NCBI GenBank assembly: GCA_963798485.1
Contig: CAWCTR010000014.1
Location: 224,001 to 288,000, forward strand
Length of the DNA stretch: 64,000 bases
Source of the DNA: an uncultured delta proteobacterium
GTDB lineage: Bacteria > Desulfobacterota > Desulfomonilia > UBA1062
Direction of reading: 5' to 3'
Positions 29,298 through 40,096 of the stretch are shown here, piece after piece (the stretch's first letter is position 1; each line of letters starts with the position of its first letter). The notes below the pieces were generated by a model. That model worked only from the letters and a program-made list of their open reading frames with translations, was not told the DNA's origin and made no database searches. The position numbers and the translations under genes were made by a program.

Positions 29298-31463
29298 TTA
29301 CGAAACGTGCAGGGCTTTGTTCATCTTGGACAGCACCGCCTTCTGGTAGGTCGATATGGCCGATTTTTTCACCACGATCTTCTTGGCAAGGACCAGGGCG
29401 CTCCTGCGGTCTTCAGGCTTTGGTATCATGGTTGCAAGCGATGTGAGGGCTTTGTCTTCATCGGTCTCAAGGATGCTCGACTGTTCATGGAACATGCGCA
29501 GAAAATCATCCCTTTTGATCCTCTTGAACCGTGCGCTCGACTCCAGGAGCCGTTCATCCTCATAGAGCGCATCCCGGTCGATGACATGATCCGCATCCTC
29601 CAGGGCCATGACCATGCGGATGACCCCTTCCTCGTAGCCGCCCTTGTTCATTGCGCCCTCCCAGCGCTGCCGTTCATTTTCCGCGTGTGCGTCTTCCCTT
29701 TTCTTCTCCTGTCTCGACATCCTTTGGTGCAGTTCCTTCTCCGACTGCACAGGGAACATAAGCTTCATCAGCGGGTTCTCATAGACGGTAAAGAACATGG
29801 CCTCATCAAGACTGTCACGTATGCTTTGATACCCGCCCAGAATGGCAACGATGCCTTCAGAGATTTGGTCCTGAAGGGCCAGAAAGGCATTGTCCTGGCT
29901 GACCGGTTTCCGGGACTTTTGCACCATGGGCGCCAGGAATCTGAAGGGCAGCATGAACGGATTGACCCTGTCCGAGAAGATATATTTGTTCACCCGGAGC
30001 GGATGAAGCTGCTTGAGGATCTCTGCGGTGGTCTCGTTGGAAAGCATCTTCACCCAGGGGCTTACAAAGGTGTTATACAACCAGTCGTTCATCTCTGAAA
30101 CGGCTGCGACCCTGCTGAAGTCCGCATCTTCCTCCTTCATCTCTTCCTTGCCCTCGTTCAGGGCCATGAGGTCCTTCATGTCGCGCTCCTCGAAGCGGAC
30201 ATCGTAATCACTCACCCCTTCCTTCTTGCCCTTATCGACTATGATCATCTCATAGAGACCCGGTGCTAGCGCCTCTATCACATCGATGCTCTTGATGATT
30301 TCATTGTGCTCCTTCTGGGCGATCTTTGAGCCGACGAAGATCCCCAGGTGGCCGACATCCGGGTGAATCATATAGATGATCACCTTGCCCAGGGCCTTGA
30401 TTTCCTCCACCGACGAGTATTCCTTTATGATCCAGTCCAGGGCCTGCTGGGGCGGTGTAATGTTATCCCCCTTGGAAGCGAACAACACTATCGGTTTTTT
30501 GATGTCTTTCAAGTTCAGGATCTTTTTCCTGTCCAGAGACAGCTTGCCTTTCTCCAGTTTGTCGCCCACAAAGAGGTTCTCTACGGTGGAGTGTATCTCC
30601 TCTTTGGTCATTTCGGAATATCCGTCCCACCATTTCTCAAAGGCGAGGTATCGTTCCTCATCGGTATCCACATTGGAATAGAGATTATACTGCTTTTTCC
30701 ATAGGGTATTCCCGGGGTTGAGGCTTTCAAAGTTCTCCTCGAGCCATGCACCGTCGAATGTGCCGTTGCCCAGGTCTGACAAGAGTGAGGTAAGCCAGAT
30801 CCCGCCAAGCAGTCCTCCCGCATATCGCATCGGGTTCTTACCCTGAACCCCTGACCAGTACGAGAGGGGTGAGCCGTTCAGTACCAGAGGGCCGGTCAAG
30901 TCAGGACGGTCGGCGCCAAGCAGTGCCACAGCCCAGCCTGCCTGGCAGTTGCCGATCACCGCCGGCTTTTCGGCCTTTGGATGAAGCCGGGCAACCTCCT
31001 CGATAAAGCGGATCTCCGCCTTTTCAACATCCCCCAGCGTCTGTCCGTCCACGGGCTCCGGATGGAAGAGGATGAAATAGACCGGGTGCCCCTGGGCCAA
31101 GGCATCTCCGATCTCGGAATCCCGCTTTGAGCCGCCGATGCCCGGGCCGTTTCCTGCCCTGGGGTCGATGACCACTATGGGTCGTTTTTCCGGATCTATA
31201 ACATCGGTCTTTCTCGGTAGGATGCGCGCCAGGTCGTAATTCACCGGCTTCTTGAAAGTCCGGCCCGAAAGGATGATCTCATAGTCGAAGACAAGAACCG
31301 GTGGTTCTCCTTTTTTAATCGTTTCAAAATAATTGTTTCCCCGTTTCCTGAGGATATCCATAAAAAGGATCCACCGCTGGATGGAATCGAGCCAATATTC
31401 GTGGGCCTCTTTCATCGCCTCGAATGCCATACTCGGGTTTTCAGGATTCTTTTTTTCATTCAT
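29298..31463 (-). CDS. DUF3141 protein (PhaC-like alpha/beta fold)
   Basis: DPRAG.GPGIGG.K.DSEIG, GNCQAGW, GDNITPPQQAL, GHLGIF. Confidence 0.85.
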   Translation of the reverse strand: MNEKKNPENPSMAFEAMKEAHEYWLDSIQRWILFMDILRKRGNNYFETIKKGEPPVLVFDYEIILSGRTFKKPVNYDLARILPRKTDVIDPEKRPIVVIDPRAGNGPGIGGSKRDSEIGDALAQGHPVYFILFHPEPVDGQTLGDVEKAEIRFIEEVARLHPKAEKPAVIGNCQAGWAVALLGADRPDLTGPLVLNGSPLSYWSGVQGKNPMRYAGGLLGGIWLTSLLSDLGNGTFDGAWLEENFESLNPGNTLWKKQYNLYSNVDTDEERYLAFEKWWDGYSEMTKEEIHSTVENLFVGDKLEKGKLSLDRKKILNLKDIKKPIVLFASKGDNITPPQQALDWIIKEYSSVEEIKALGKVIIYMIHPDVGHLGIFVGSKIAQKEHNEIIKSIDVIEALAPGLYEMIIVDKGKKEGVSDYDVRFEERDMKDLMALNEGKEEMKEEDADFSRVAAVSEMNDWLYNTFVSPWVKMLSNETTAEILKQLHPLRVNKYIFSDRVNPFMLPFRFLAPMVQKSRKPVSQDNAFLALQDQISEGIVAILGGYQSIRDSLDEAMFFTVYENPLMKLMFPVQSEKELHQRMSRQEKKREDAHAENERQRWEGAMNKGGYEEGVIRMVMALEDADHVIDRDALYEDERLLESSARFKRIKRDDFLRMFHEQSSILETDEDKALTSLATMIPKPEDRRSALVLAKKIVVKKSAISTYQKAVLSKMNKALHVS

Positions 31464-31466
31464 AGC

Positions 31467-32375
31467 TTACTCCATTCGGTGGCTCACCAGGGCGGCGAAT
31501 GCGCATGAGATCAGCCTTGCCCTGGGCGGGTCGGACCGGGATGTGAGGATGATCGGGACCTTTGTCCCTACGACGAAGCCGGCCATCTGCGCCCCGGCCA
31601 GATATTCAAGGTCCTTGCCCAGGATGTTGCCCGAAACCAGGTCCGGCACCACCAGGATGTCAACGTCGCCTGATACGGGGCTGTTGATCCCTTTGACCCT
31701 TGCCGACTCGGCTGAAATGGCATTGTCGAAGGCGAGCGGCCCATCCACGACGGCCCCTTCTATCTGCCCCCTGTCCGCCATCTTTGCCAGACATGCCGCA
31801 TCCATGGTGGAGGGGATGGACGGGTTGACGACCTCCACTGCCGACAGGGCGGCAACCTTCGGTTTTTCCACCCCCAGCAGACGGGCAATATCAACCGCAT
31901 TCTGCACGATGTGCATTTTGGTGGAGAGGTCCGGGCTGATGTTGATGGCGGCATCGGTAATGTACAGAATCTTGGGATAGGTCTTCAGGTCTGCCAGGAA
32001 CACATGGGATATGCGTTTTTTTCCCTGGAGGTGATGGGCGAGGATCGGGTGAAGAAATTCGTCCGTATGGATATGACCCTTCATCAGGGCCTTGACCTCA
32101 CCCTTTTCAAAGAGCTCTACGCCCTTCTCGGCCATTGCATCCTCAACCGGGGCATGGATAATACGGAATTGCCTTGTGCAGGTGATGGTCTTCAAAATAT
32201 TTCGAATACTGTTTTCATCCCCGATTAAAATGGGATCCACATAACCGGCTTCGGCTGCCTCGCATGCGCCTTCCAGCACATGCCGCTCATCCGCATCTAT
32301 GACGGCAATGGGCATGGCAGGAAGACCTTGGACAGCCTTAAGCATGTCCTCAAATGTGGCAAATTCAACGCTCAT
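31467..32375 (-). CDS. Phosphate acetyl/butyryltransferase
   Basis: LMKG, TDAAINI.P, DGPLAFDNAIS, LTSRSD. Confidence 0.9.
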   Translation of the reverse strand: MSVEFATFEDMLKAVQGLPAMPIAVIDADERHVLEGACEAAEAGYVDPILIGDENSIRNILKTITCTRQFRIIHAPVEDAMAEKGVELFEKGEVKALMKGHIHTDEFLHPILAHHLQGKKRISHVFLADLKTYPKILYITDAAINISPDLSTKMHIVQNAVDIARLLGVEKPKVAALSAVEVVNPSIPSTMDAACLAKMADRGQIEGAVVDGPLAFDNAISAESARVKGINSPVSGDVDILVVPDLVSGNILGKDLEYLAGAQMAGFVVGTKVPIILTSRSDPPRARLISCAFAALVSHRME

Positions 32376-33559
32376 GGTTTATCTCCCTGCCTGCCTTTTA
32401 AGAGTAGCGCCCGGGTATGCCGGGCAATCATCAGGTCCTCGTTGGTGGGAATAACCCGCACGGTGCAGTGACTATTGTCTCCAGAGATGATTCCTGCATC
32501 GGTATCGTTATTCATGGGGTCGATACGTATTCCAAGATAATCGAGGCCGTGGCAGATCATCCACCTTACCGGTGCGGCCCTTTCGCCTATACCTCCGGTG
32601 AACACCAGGGTATCCAGGCCGCCGAGGACGGCGGACAGTGCTCCGATATACTTGCGTGCCGTGTAGCAGAAAAGCTCTATAGCCTCTGTGGCATGAGGTT
32701 CCGTGGTGCGCTGATCCAGGAGGGTTTTCATATCGGAGCTGATCCCGGAGACCCCGATGAGCCCTGAACGCTGGTAGAGCAGCCTTTCAAGCTGGCGGGC
32801 ATCATAGCCTTTTTCGTCCATGAGGTAGAGCATGATGCCCGGATCGAGATCACCGCATCTCGTGCCCATCATGAGCCCCCCCAAGCCGGAGAACCCCATG
32901 GTGGTGTCCTGGGGGTGTCCGTCTTTCAGGGCTGCCATGCTGGCGCCGCTGCCAAGATGGGCAATGATGACCAGTCCTTTCGTATCGTTGCCCAGAGCAC
33001 TGACTATATATTCATAGGAAAGACCATGGAACCCGTAGCGGTGTATTCCCTCGTGCCGGAGGCTGCGAACTATCGGCAGCCACTGGGCCACCTCAGGTAT
33101 CCGCCGGTGAAAGGCGGTATCGAAGCAGACCACTTGGCTAAGTTCCGGGTAGTGCCCGGCTACTGCATCGATGCCTTTGATCTCGCTGGGCAGGTGCAAG
33201 GGGGCCAGGGGGATGAGGCCTCTCAGGGTGAGCATCAGTTCCGGCGTCACCACTTCGGGGGCCATGTGTTTCGGCCCTCCATGGACCAGCCTGTGTCCGA
33301 CCCCATCCGGAGACGGAAAATGTTGTTCCTCAATGGCTATGGTGAACATCGCCTTGACTGCCTCTTTGTGGTCGGAGAAATCTGCGTGACTGTCCACAAG
33401 GCGTTTACCCTGGCCATCCTTCAGCCAGAGCCAGCCGCCTAGCAGACCGATCCGTTCCACCGCCCCTTCGGCTATGAGTCTTTCGGTTGTATCGATAAGG
33501 TACATGGCAAACTTCATGGATGAAGAGCCGCTGTTGATGCAGAGAATATGATGTTTCAT
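32372..33559 (-). CDS. ackA: Acetate/propionate kinase
   Basis: INSGSSS.K, GHRLVHGG, FDTAFH, YGFHGLS, FTGGIGE, PTNE. Confidence 0.95.
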   Translation of the reverse strand: MKHHILCINSGSSSMKFAMYLIDTTERLIAEGAVERIGLLGGWLWLKDGQGKRLVDSHADFSDHKEAVKAMFTIAIEEQHFPSPDGVGHRLVHGGPKHMAPEVVTPELMLTLRGLIPLAPLHLPSEIKGIDAVAGHYPELSQVVCFDTAFHRRIPEVAQWLPIVRSLRHEGIHRYGFHGLSYEYIVSALGNDTKGLVIIAHLGSGASMAALKDGHPQDTTMGFSGLGGLMMGTRCGDLDPGIMLYLMDEKGYDARQLERLLYQRSGLIGVSGISSDMKTLLDQRTTEPHATEAIELFCYTARKYIGALSAVLGGLDTLVFTGGIGERAAPVRWMICHGLDYLGIRIDPMNNDTDAGIISGDNSHCTVRVIPTNEDLMIARHTRALLLKGRQGDKP

Positions 33560-33626
33560 GTAATCATCCTTGCCGGCATTTAATCATGCTGCAATGACAC
33601 GGAGCGCGGCCCCATGACGAACCTGT

Positions 33627-33829
33627 TTATTCCTTGTTGTTCGTAATGACAAAGTGGTCTCTTCTGTTCTTTGCCCAGGCCTCTTCGTTATTCCCCGGGT
33701 CAAGGGGTTTTTCCTTCCCGTAGCTTATCGTAGAGATCCGTCCATCGGCTCTTTCTTTGCACAGCCGACCATAAGGAATCCAAACCCTACGGTCAACACG
33801 ACTAATGTTGCCAACCAAGACCTTTTCAT
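33627..33829 (-). pseudogene. pal: pal pseudogene with internal deletion
   Basis: Lipoprotein signal MKRSWL...VGCAKK joined out of frame to [16 protein letters not shown]...[10 protein letters not shown]. Confidence 0.8.
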
Positions 33830-33886
33830 TGTTTTCCTCCTATGTTTTATGAAGTGACCTTTTATTCCGTAAGGCTGCTCCCTTAC

Positions 33887-34249
33887 TTATTGCGGAGGAA
33901 CAGACGTGTTGAATGTGTAAGAAACAACAACTCCATTTTTATCGAATCGTACTACGAGGTCTTTTGTGTATGTTCCGCTGAATAGCCAGTAGTTATACAT
34001 CCCATAAGTCCATGTCTGCCGGCCATCTTCGATTCCGACCCGCCATGGCGGTCCAAACATGGAACGGATCTCTTTCTGCGTAGTCACATTCATCTGTATC
34101 GTAGACACCTTCTCATCCGGGAAATCACGGCCGATAGTGGCGCAAGAAGCCATAAACAGCATAATCACAACTATAAAACACCAGAAGACCTCACGCAGGA
34201 AATTACCATTCCCCTTAGAATAAACAGACAATGAATGATAGTTATTCAT
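33887..34249 (-). CDS. SmpA/BamE-like lipoprotein
   Basis: Lipobox MASC, TT..EI...FGPP, WTY, L.V.FD. Confidence 0.7.
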   Translation of the reverse strand: MNNYHSLSVYSKGNGNFLREVFWCFIVVIMLFMASCATIGRDFPDEKVSTIQMNVTTQKEIRSMFGPPWRVGIEDGRQTWTYGMYNYWLFSGTYTKDLVVRFDKNGVVVSYTFNTSVPPQ

Positions 34250-34540
34250 TTTGCTTTTTCTCCATTAAACAATCGTTATCTTCAATGTCAGTTGCTTAAT
34301 TATGCCCATGATGGGTAAGTTACACCGCAATCTTTGGCAGATTTTAGTGAGACTCCCTGAGGCAAGCCGCAATGTATTCTACAAAGGTTTTTGATAAATT
34401 AATAAACTTGATTTATCATTTGTCAAGGTAAGCATAGTTATAGTTATAATAATATGCAGCACAAAGACCTGCCGCACATCTGCCATATATCTTGACTGTG
34501 TTGTTATGAGACTTAATATTATGCCACAAAGGAGATTCCA

Positions 34541-36028
34541 ATGAAGAGATATCATATTTATGCAGTGGCAGGTATCATGTTCTTTACAGTATCATTCTCT
34601 GCATGCGCAAAGGAGAATGCAGCCTCCCCAGACACAGGAATAAAGCAGGCCGCCCCAGTTACTGCTCTTGCTTCTTCTCAGAACAAGATAAATCAGGGCA
34701 GCAACGCAAACAACTTCCGGAATGCCATAATTAACGTCACAAATAAAATTATACCTTCAGTAGCGCACATCGAAGTGACCCAGAGCCAGGAGGTCCAGAA
34801 TCCTTTCATGCCGTTCGAAGGTGATCCGTTCTTCAAGAGGTTCTTTGACTCTCCCCAGGTACCAAAGAAGTTCAAGAGGGAGTTGAAGGGCATCGGAACA
34901 GGAATGATCATCAACCAGGATGGCTATATTCTGACAAACAATCATGTCGTAGCAGGAGCAACCCAGATACAGGTGACCCTGCCTGATGAGAGCCAGTACG
35001 AGGCCAAGGTCGTCGGCACCGACCCAAAGACCGATTTGGCGGTTATAAAGGTCAATACAAATAAAAAGCTCCCCTATGTAACCTTCGGCGATTCCGACAA
35101 GGTGCAGGTGGGGGAATGGGTAGTGGCCATAGGCCATCCCAGGGGCCTTGATCAAACCGTGACACAAGGAATAATCAGCGCCAAGCACAGGCAGGGGATA
35201 ACCGACCCCAACACATACCAGGACTTCCTCCAGACCGATGCGGCGATAAACCCCGGAAACAGTGGTGGTCCGCTGCTCAACCTTGATGGACAGGTCATTG
35301 GGGTAAATTCCATCATTGCTTCGCAATCAGGAGGCTCCGAAGGCCTGGGGTTTGCCATACCGAGTAACATGGCCGTCCATATAGCGAACGAACTGATGAC
35401 AACAGGGAAGATCCATCGGGGCTGGCTCGGTTTATCTCTCCAGGATATTGCATTTGATAAGATGAAGGCCCTCAAGCTCACCTCGACAAAGGGCACCGTG
35501 GTGATGGATGTGGTGCAGGGAGGGCCTGCGGACAAGGCCGGCATGAAAAAAGATGACGTAATCATATCGTACAATGGAACGGATATTCATGATTCCGGTG
35601 AATTGAGGAACCTTGTCGGCAACACAACCATTGGGAAAGAAGTGAGTATCGGCATACTCCGTGACGGAAGGAAACAGACAATAACGGTAAAAATCGGCAA
35701 TCTCGAGGACGCATCCAAGATGATGGCCTCATCTGTAAGAGACAAACTGGGCGTGGATGTGAGACCGGTAACGGAAAAAGAAACGAACAGATACGGTATT
35801 GAAAAGGATCAGGGGGTTGCAATCAAGTGGCTCGATGCGAAAGGTCCGCTTGCCAAGGCAGGATTTGAGATTGATGATGTTATCCTCCGGATTAACGATC
35901 AGCCCATTGACGGCATGGAGAAATTCGTATCCATGCTAAGCGCCCTGCAACCTCACCAGCATGTCACCATCCTTGTAGTCGACCACCGGTCCGGCCAGAC
36001 CGGTACTATTCAAGTGGAGGTGCGGTAA
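34541..36028 (+). CDS. Do/DegP-family serine endoprotease with 2 PDZ domains
   Basis: TNNHVV, DLAV, QTDAAINPGNSGG. Confidence 0.95.
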   Translation: MKRYHIYAVAGIMFFTVSFSACAKENAASPDTGIKQAAPVTALASSQNKINQGSNANNFRNAIINVTNKIIPSVAHIEVTQSQEVQNPFMPFEGDPFFKRFFDSPQVPKKFKRELKGIGTGMIINQDGYILTNNHVVAGATQIQVTLPDESQYEAKVVGTDPKTDLAVIKVNTNKKLPYVTFGDSDKVQVGEWVVAIGHPRGLDQTVTQGIISAKHRQGITDPNTYQDFLQTDAAINPGNSGGPLLNLDGQVIGVNSIIASQSGGSEGLGFAIPSNMAVHIANELMTTGKIHRGWLGLSLQDIAFDKMKALKLTSTKGTVVMDVVQGGPADKAGMKKDDVIISYNGTDIHDSGELRNLVGNTTIGKEVSIGILRDGRKQTITVKIGNLEDASKMMASSVRDKLGVDVRPVTEKETNRYGIEKDQGVAIKWLDAKGPLAKAGFEIDDVILRINDQPIDGMEKFVSMLSALQPHQHVTILVVDHRSGQTGTIQVEVR

Positions 36029-36051
36029 TAATAACCCCATGGTAAGAACTT

Positions 36052-38742
36052 ATGCATTTCTTTAGGCGCGGGTTAAAGGCGTTCCGGGTATTTCTGATCC
36101 TGACAATATATGCCGCAATTACCTGGAACCCCAATCTCCGGGCTGCCGATCAGGAAGAAGGGGTAGTCAGGGCGACCCTTGATAACGGACTGCGTGTAGT
36201 TATAGTTCGTAATCAACTTGCTTCGGCAGTGACGACCGTCATCAATTATCTCGCAGGTTCGAATGAAGCCCAAAAAGGGTTCCCGGGCATGGCGCATGCG
36301 CAGGAGCATATGATGTTCCGGGGCAGCCCCGGACTCTCGGCAGGTCAGCTGGCAAACATAACGGCTGCCATGGGAGGAGATTTCGATGCGGATACCAGGC
36401 AGCATGTGACCCAGTATTTTTTCACCGTACCGGCAGAAGACCTGGATGTTGCCTTGCACATAGAGGCTATCCGTATGAGTGGTGTCCTGGACAGCGAACA
36501 ACTATGGAAACAGGAAAGAGGCGCTATAGAACAGGAGGTGGCCCAGGACCTCTCCAGTCCGGGATATATTTTTTATACCCGGCTCCTTGCAGCCATGTTC
36601 AAAGGCACGCCATACGAACACGACGCCCTGGGAACCCGCGCATCCTTTGACAAGACCACAGGGGCCATGCTCAAGAAGTTCTACCGGACCTGGTATGTAC
36701 CCAACAATGCCATCATGGTGATCGTCGGCAATGTGAAGCCCCAGGACACCCTGGCTGAAGTGAAGAGGCTCTTCAGCAATATACCTGCTCGGAAACTCCC
36801 GCCTAGGCCAGTTGTCAAATTGAATCCCGTCGAAGCCACGACCATCTCTCTGAAAACCGACGAACCCTATGGCACGGTAATAGCTGCTTTCCGAATGCCG
36901 GGATACGACAATCCGGATTATGCTGCTGCCAAAGTGCTGGCTGATGTTCTGGACAGCCGGCGGGGAAGTCTGTATGAACTGGTCACCCAAGGGAAGGCAT
37001 TGGATACCGGGTTTCAGGTTGAAGGCCTGCCCAAGGCCGGGCTCGGCTATGCTGTTGCGGAATTTCCCCAGGGAGCCGATGCGAAGGCACTGAGCGAGGA
37101 ACTGGTGAAAATCCTGTCGTCATTAAAGAAAACAGGCGTTCCAGCGGATCTGGTGAAAGCTGCCAAACGGCATAAAGTAACGGATGCGGAACTGGAGAAA
37201 AATTCGGTTTCCGGGCTGGCCATGGCCTGGTCAAGGGCACTGGCCCTCGAGGGCAGACGATCCCCCGATGATGACGTGAACGCCATAAATAGAGTCACCG
37301 TGGAAGACGTGAACCGGGTAGCTCGCATGTACCTGGACCAGGAACACTCCATAACAGCAATCCTCACTCCTGTTCCTTCGGGTAAGCCTGTTTCTACCAA
37401 AGGATTTGGAGGCAAAGAGTCTTTCGCTCCTGAACAGGTCAAGCCTGTCAAGCTTCCCGAATGGGCGGATAAATCGCTGAAGAGGCTCACCATTCCCGGC
37501 TCCACTCTGAATCCTGCCGTTCATTTCATGCCCAATGGAATCACGCTCATCGTGCAGCCTGTATCCGTGAGCAATACCGTTACTGTATACGGCCATATAA
37601 AAAATAGACCTGAGTTGGAAGTGTCTGCCGGAAAGGAAGGCGTAGATGAAGTAGTCGATAAGCTCTTCCCCTTCGGGACCACGTCCCTCGACCGGCAGGC
37701 ATTCCTGAAGGCTCTGGATGAAATTGGCGCGAATGCATCTGCCGGTACGGATTTCACCCTTCAGGTATCTGCAGATCAATTCGACCGTGGCATACAGCTC
37801 CTGGCAGATAATGAGTTGCGCCCGGCGTTGCCTGAAAAGGATTTTGAAATTATACGGCAGCAGGTGGCCGGGATCGTTGCAGGCCGACTGAGAAGCCCCG
37901 AGTATCTTACAGACAGGGCTGTCAAGAAGGCCCTTTATCCTGAACAAGATCCGACCCAGCGGCAGGCCGTGCCCGCAACGGTGACGTCTCTGACCATTCA
38001 GGATGTGAGGGACTATTACCATAAGGCCTTTCGTCCGGACCTGACAACCATCGTGGTCATCGGCAAGGTCGAGCCGGATCAGGCTGAAAAGGTCATTGAG
38101 AAGTATTTCGGCGGATGGAAGTCCTTGGAGGAGCCTAAGCCTGATACCATCCTGTCTTCCGTGCCTGCCAACAAACCATCGAGCACTGTCGTACCGAATG
38201 CAAGCAGGGTCCAGGACAAGGTTATTCTGGCTGAAACCCTTGGTATCAACCGGTCCAATGCGGATTATTACGCCCTGCAACTAGGCAACCACGTTCTTGG
38301 CGGGGCCTTTTATGCCACCCGCTTGTACAAGGATCTGAGGGAGAATGCCGGCCTCGTGTATTTTGTATCTTCATCTTTTGAAGTGAACCGGTCACGCGCA
38401 CTCTATGTGGTCGAATATGCCTGCGATCCGTTGAATGTGAGCAAGGCAAGGGCTATTGTAGAGCGCAACCTGAAGGATATGCAGAATATCCAGGTGAGTT
38501 CGGATGAACTGCAACAGGCCAAGGCATTGCTGCTCCGGGAGATCCCCCTATCTGAATCGAGTGTGGATTACTTAGCCTTGGGATTTATACAACGGACCGA
38601 CCTGGATCTGCCATTGGATGAGCCGACCAGGGCCGCGCAGCGTTATGTGAAGATCACTGCAGAGCAAGTTAAGGAGGCTTATTCTAAATGGCTTCGACCT
38701 GATAACTTGATCCAGGTGACCGAAGGACCGAATCCTCGGTAG
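36052..38742 (+). CDS. M16 zinc peptidase
   Basis: HXXEH (HAQEH) followed by MMFRGS; two-half architecture. Confidence 0.9.
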   Translation: MHFFRRGLKAFRVFLILTIYAAITWNPNLRAADQEEGVVRATLDNGLRVVIVRNQLASAVTTVINYLAGSNEAQKGFPGMAHAQEHMMFRGSPGLSAGQLANITAAMGGDFDADTRQHVTQYFFTVPAEDLDVALHIEAIRMSGVLDSEQLWKQERGAIEQEVAQDLSSPGYIFYTRLLAAMFKGTPYEHDALGTRASFDKTTGAMLKKFYRTWYVPNNAIMVIVGNVKPQDTLAEVKRLFSNIPARKLPPRPVVKLNPVEATTISLKTDEPYGTVIAAFRMPGYDNPDYAAAKVLADVLDSRRGSLYELVTQGKALDTGFQVEGLPKAGLGYAVAEFPQGADAKALSEELVKILSSLKKTGVPADLVKAAKRHKVTDAELEKNSVSGLAMAWSRALALEGRRSPDDDVNAINRVTVEDVNRVARMYLDQEHSITAILTPVPSGKPVSTKGFGGKESFAPEQVKPVKLPEWADKSLKRLTIPGSTLNPAVHFMPNGITLIVQPVSVSNTVTVYGHIKNRPELEVSAGKEGVDEVVDKLFPFGTTSLDRQAFLKALDEIGANASAGTDFTLQVSADQFDRGIQLLADNELRPALPEKDFEIIRQQVAGIVAGRLRSPEYLTDRAVKKALYPEQDPTQRQAVPATVTSLTIQDVRDYYHKAFRPDLTTIVVIGKVEPDQAEKVIEKYFGGWKSLEEPKPDTILSSVPANKPSSTVVPNASRVQDKVILAETLGINRSNADYYALQLGNHVLGGAFYATRLYKDLRENAGLVYFVSSSFEVNRSRALYVVEYACDPLNVSKARAIVERNLKDMQNIQVSSDELQQAKALLLREIPLSESSVDYLALGFIQRTDLDLPLDEPTRAAQRYVKITAEQVKEAYSKWLRPDNLIQVTEGPNPR

Positions 38743-38768
38743 AGCAAGATGGTATCCTCCTTGTGGGA

Positions 38769-39419
38769 TTATTTCCCGGGCAGGATTTTTTTGCCAAACC
38801 TTGATATTGCATCCCCCATGCTTTTCAGGCTCTTGCCGACCTCTTCGGATACATATCCAGTGCCTTGGACAAGTTTGCCGGAGATCTCGCGTCCTGTTCT
38901 GACGGCTTCAGATGAGCCAGTGTCAAGTTTATGGCCTGACCAATTTGCAGCCTGCTCCATATGCTCTGCCGCTGAATTAAGCGCATGACCGGCCTCTTTT
39001 GTTTCTTTCTTGGACCATGAATCTGATGCCTTAAGATAGTAATTATTGGCTAAAGCATGTTCAGCCCTGGAGAATGCATCTTTTAGATTTTTGTCTGATT
39101 TAACAGCCCCTTTTTCTATATCATCAGCCATCTTGCCCAGTTCCTGGATAGAGGCCGTTAACTCTTTTTTCCCTTCACCATTGGCAGATTGTGCCTCTTT
39201 CTTTAAAAAAGCCGAACCCTTTCGTATTTCATCAGCAGACGCCTTAAACTCCTTTTTAAGAAAGGACTCATGGGCCTTTTGAAAGTCGACCTTTGGCCCT
39301 CCTGTCTTGCTTTGGGTCTCTATTGCAGTCTGAGAGTAAGCTACAGGGGCAACAGCCACTTGACTAAAGACAATAGATGCAAACAACCCTGCCACCAAAA
39401 TAATTTTGTGTATCATCAT
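38769..39419 (-). CDS. Secreted helical hypothetical protein
   Basis: Signal peptide, SD AGGAGG, Ala/Lys-rich helices. Confidence 0.7.
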   Translation of the reverse strand: MMIHKIILVAGLFASIVFSQVAVAPVAYSQTAIETQSKTGGPKVDFQKAHESFLKKEFKASADEIRKGSAFLKKEAQSANGEGKKELTASIQELGKMADDIEKGAVKSDKNLKDAFSRAEHALANNYYLKASDSWSKKETKEAGHALNSAAEHMEQAANWSGHKLDTGSSEAVRTGREISGKLVQGTGYVSEEVGKSLKSMGDAISRFGKKILPGK

Positions 39420-39452
39420 GATACCTCCTTTTTATGTGATGGAGACATATGT

Positions 39453-40016
39453 TTAACGCTTTCCCCCTTTCCCGGCAATAGAATGAAGCATCCAGATCAC
39501 CAGGCCTGAGAGTATGATGGCTCCCATCACAATGAATTCATACTGTTTGATGTCATGAAGAAGAAGCTCGGCAGCATGTCCGAACACATATCCCAAGCTG
39601 GTTATTGCCAAGGCCCAGGTTAATCCGCCCAAGGTATTTAACGCTATAAACTTCCATGCAGGAATGCCGCTTGCACCGATGAGGAATGGGGTAATGGTGC
39701 GGATCCCATAGATGAACCTGAACAAGAGGATCACCAAAGTCTGATGTTGCTGCATCAGCCTCAGAACGCGTTCGGATTTTATCTTCCAGGAGTGGTGGGT
39801 ATCAAGATAAGCCATCCCCTTTTTCCGACCTATAAAAAAATAGAGCTGGTCACCGGCAAATGTACCTGCAAATGCAAACAGAACAACAAGAGAAAATGCG
39901 AGGTAACCACGGTGTGCCAAAAACCCGGCCAATATCAGTACGGTCTCACCTTCAAAGAAGGTGCCCAGCAGAATGACTAAATATCCGTAATGGATGATGA
40001 ATGCCTCAATCCCCAT
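39453..40016 (-). CDS. DedA-family membrane protein
   Basis: EGET, GDQLYF.IGR, RFIYGIR. Confidence 0.9.
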   Translation of the reverse strand: MGIEAFIIHYGYLVILLGTFFEGETVLILAGFLAHRGYLAFSLVVLFAFAGTFAGDQLYFFIGRKKGMAYLDTHHSWKIKSERVLRLMQQHQTLVILLFRFIYGIRTITPFLIGASGIPAWKFIALNTLGGLTWALAITSLGYVFGHAAELLLHDIKQYEFIVMGAIILSGLVIWMLHSIAGKGGKR

Positions 40017-40096
40017 GGATGTTATTCCCCAATGCCACATTCTTTGAGCTTTTACATCTTATCAAATATTCTATAGATAGTTCTGGGATAAATCGA

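Noticed and set aside
34350-34380. Possible IS200/IS605-like end palindrome; similar short repeat-like bits near 21005 and 56980
   Set aside because: Too degenerate, with no transposase nearby
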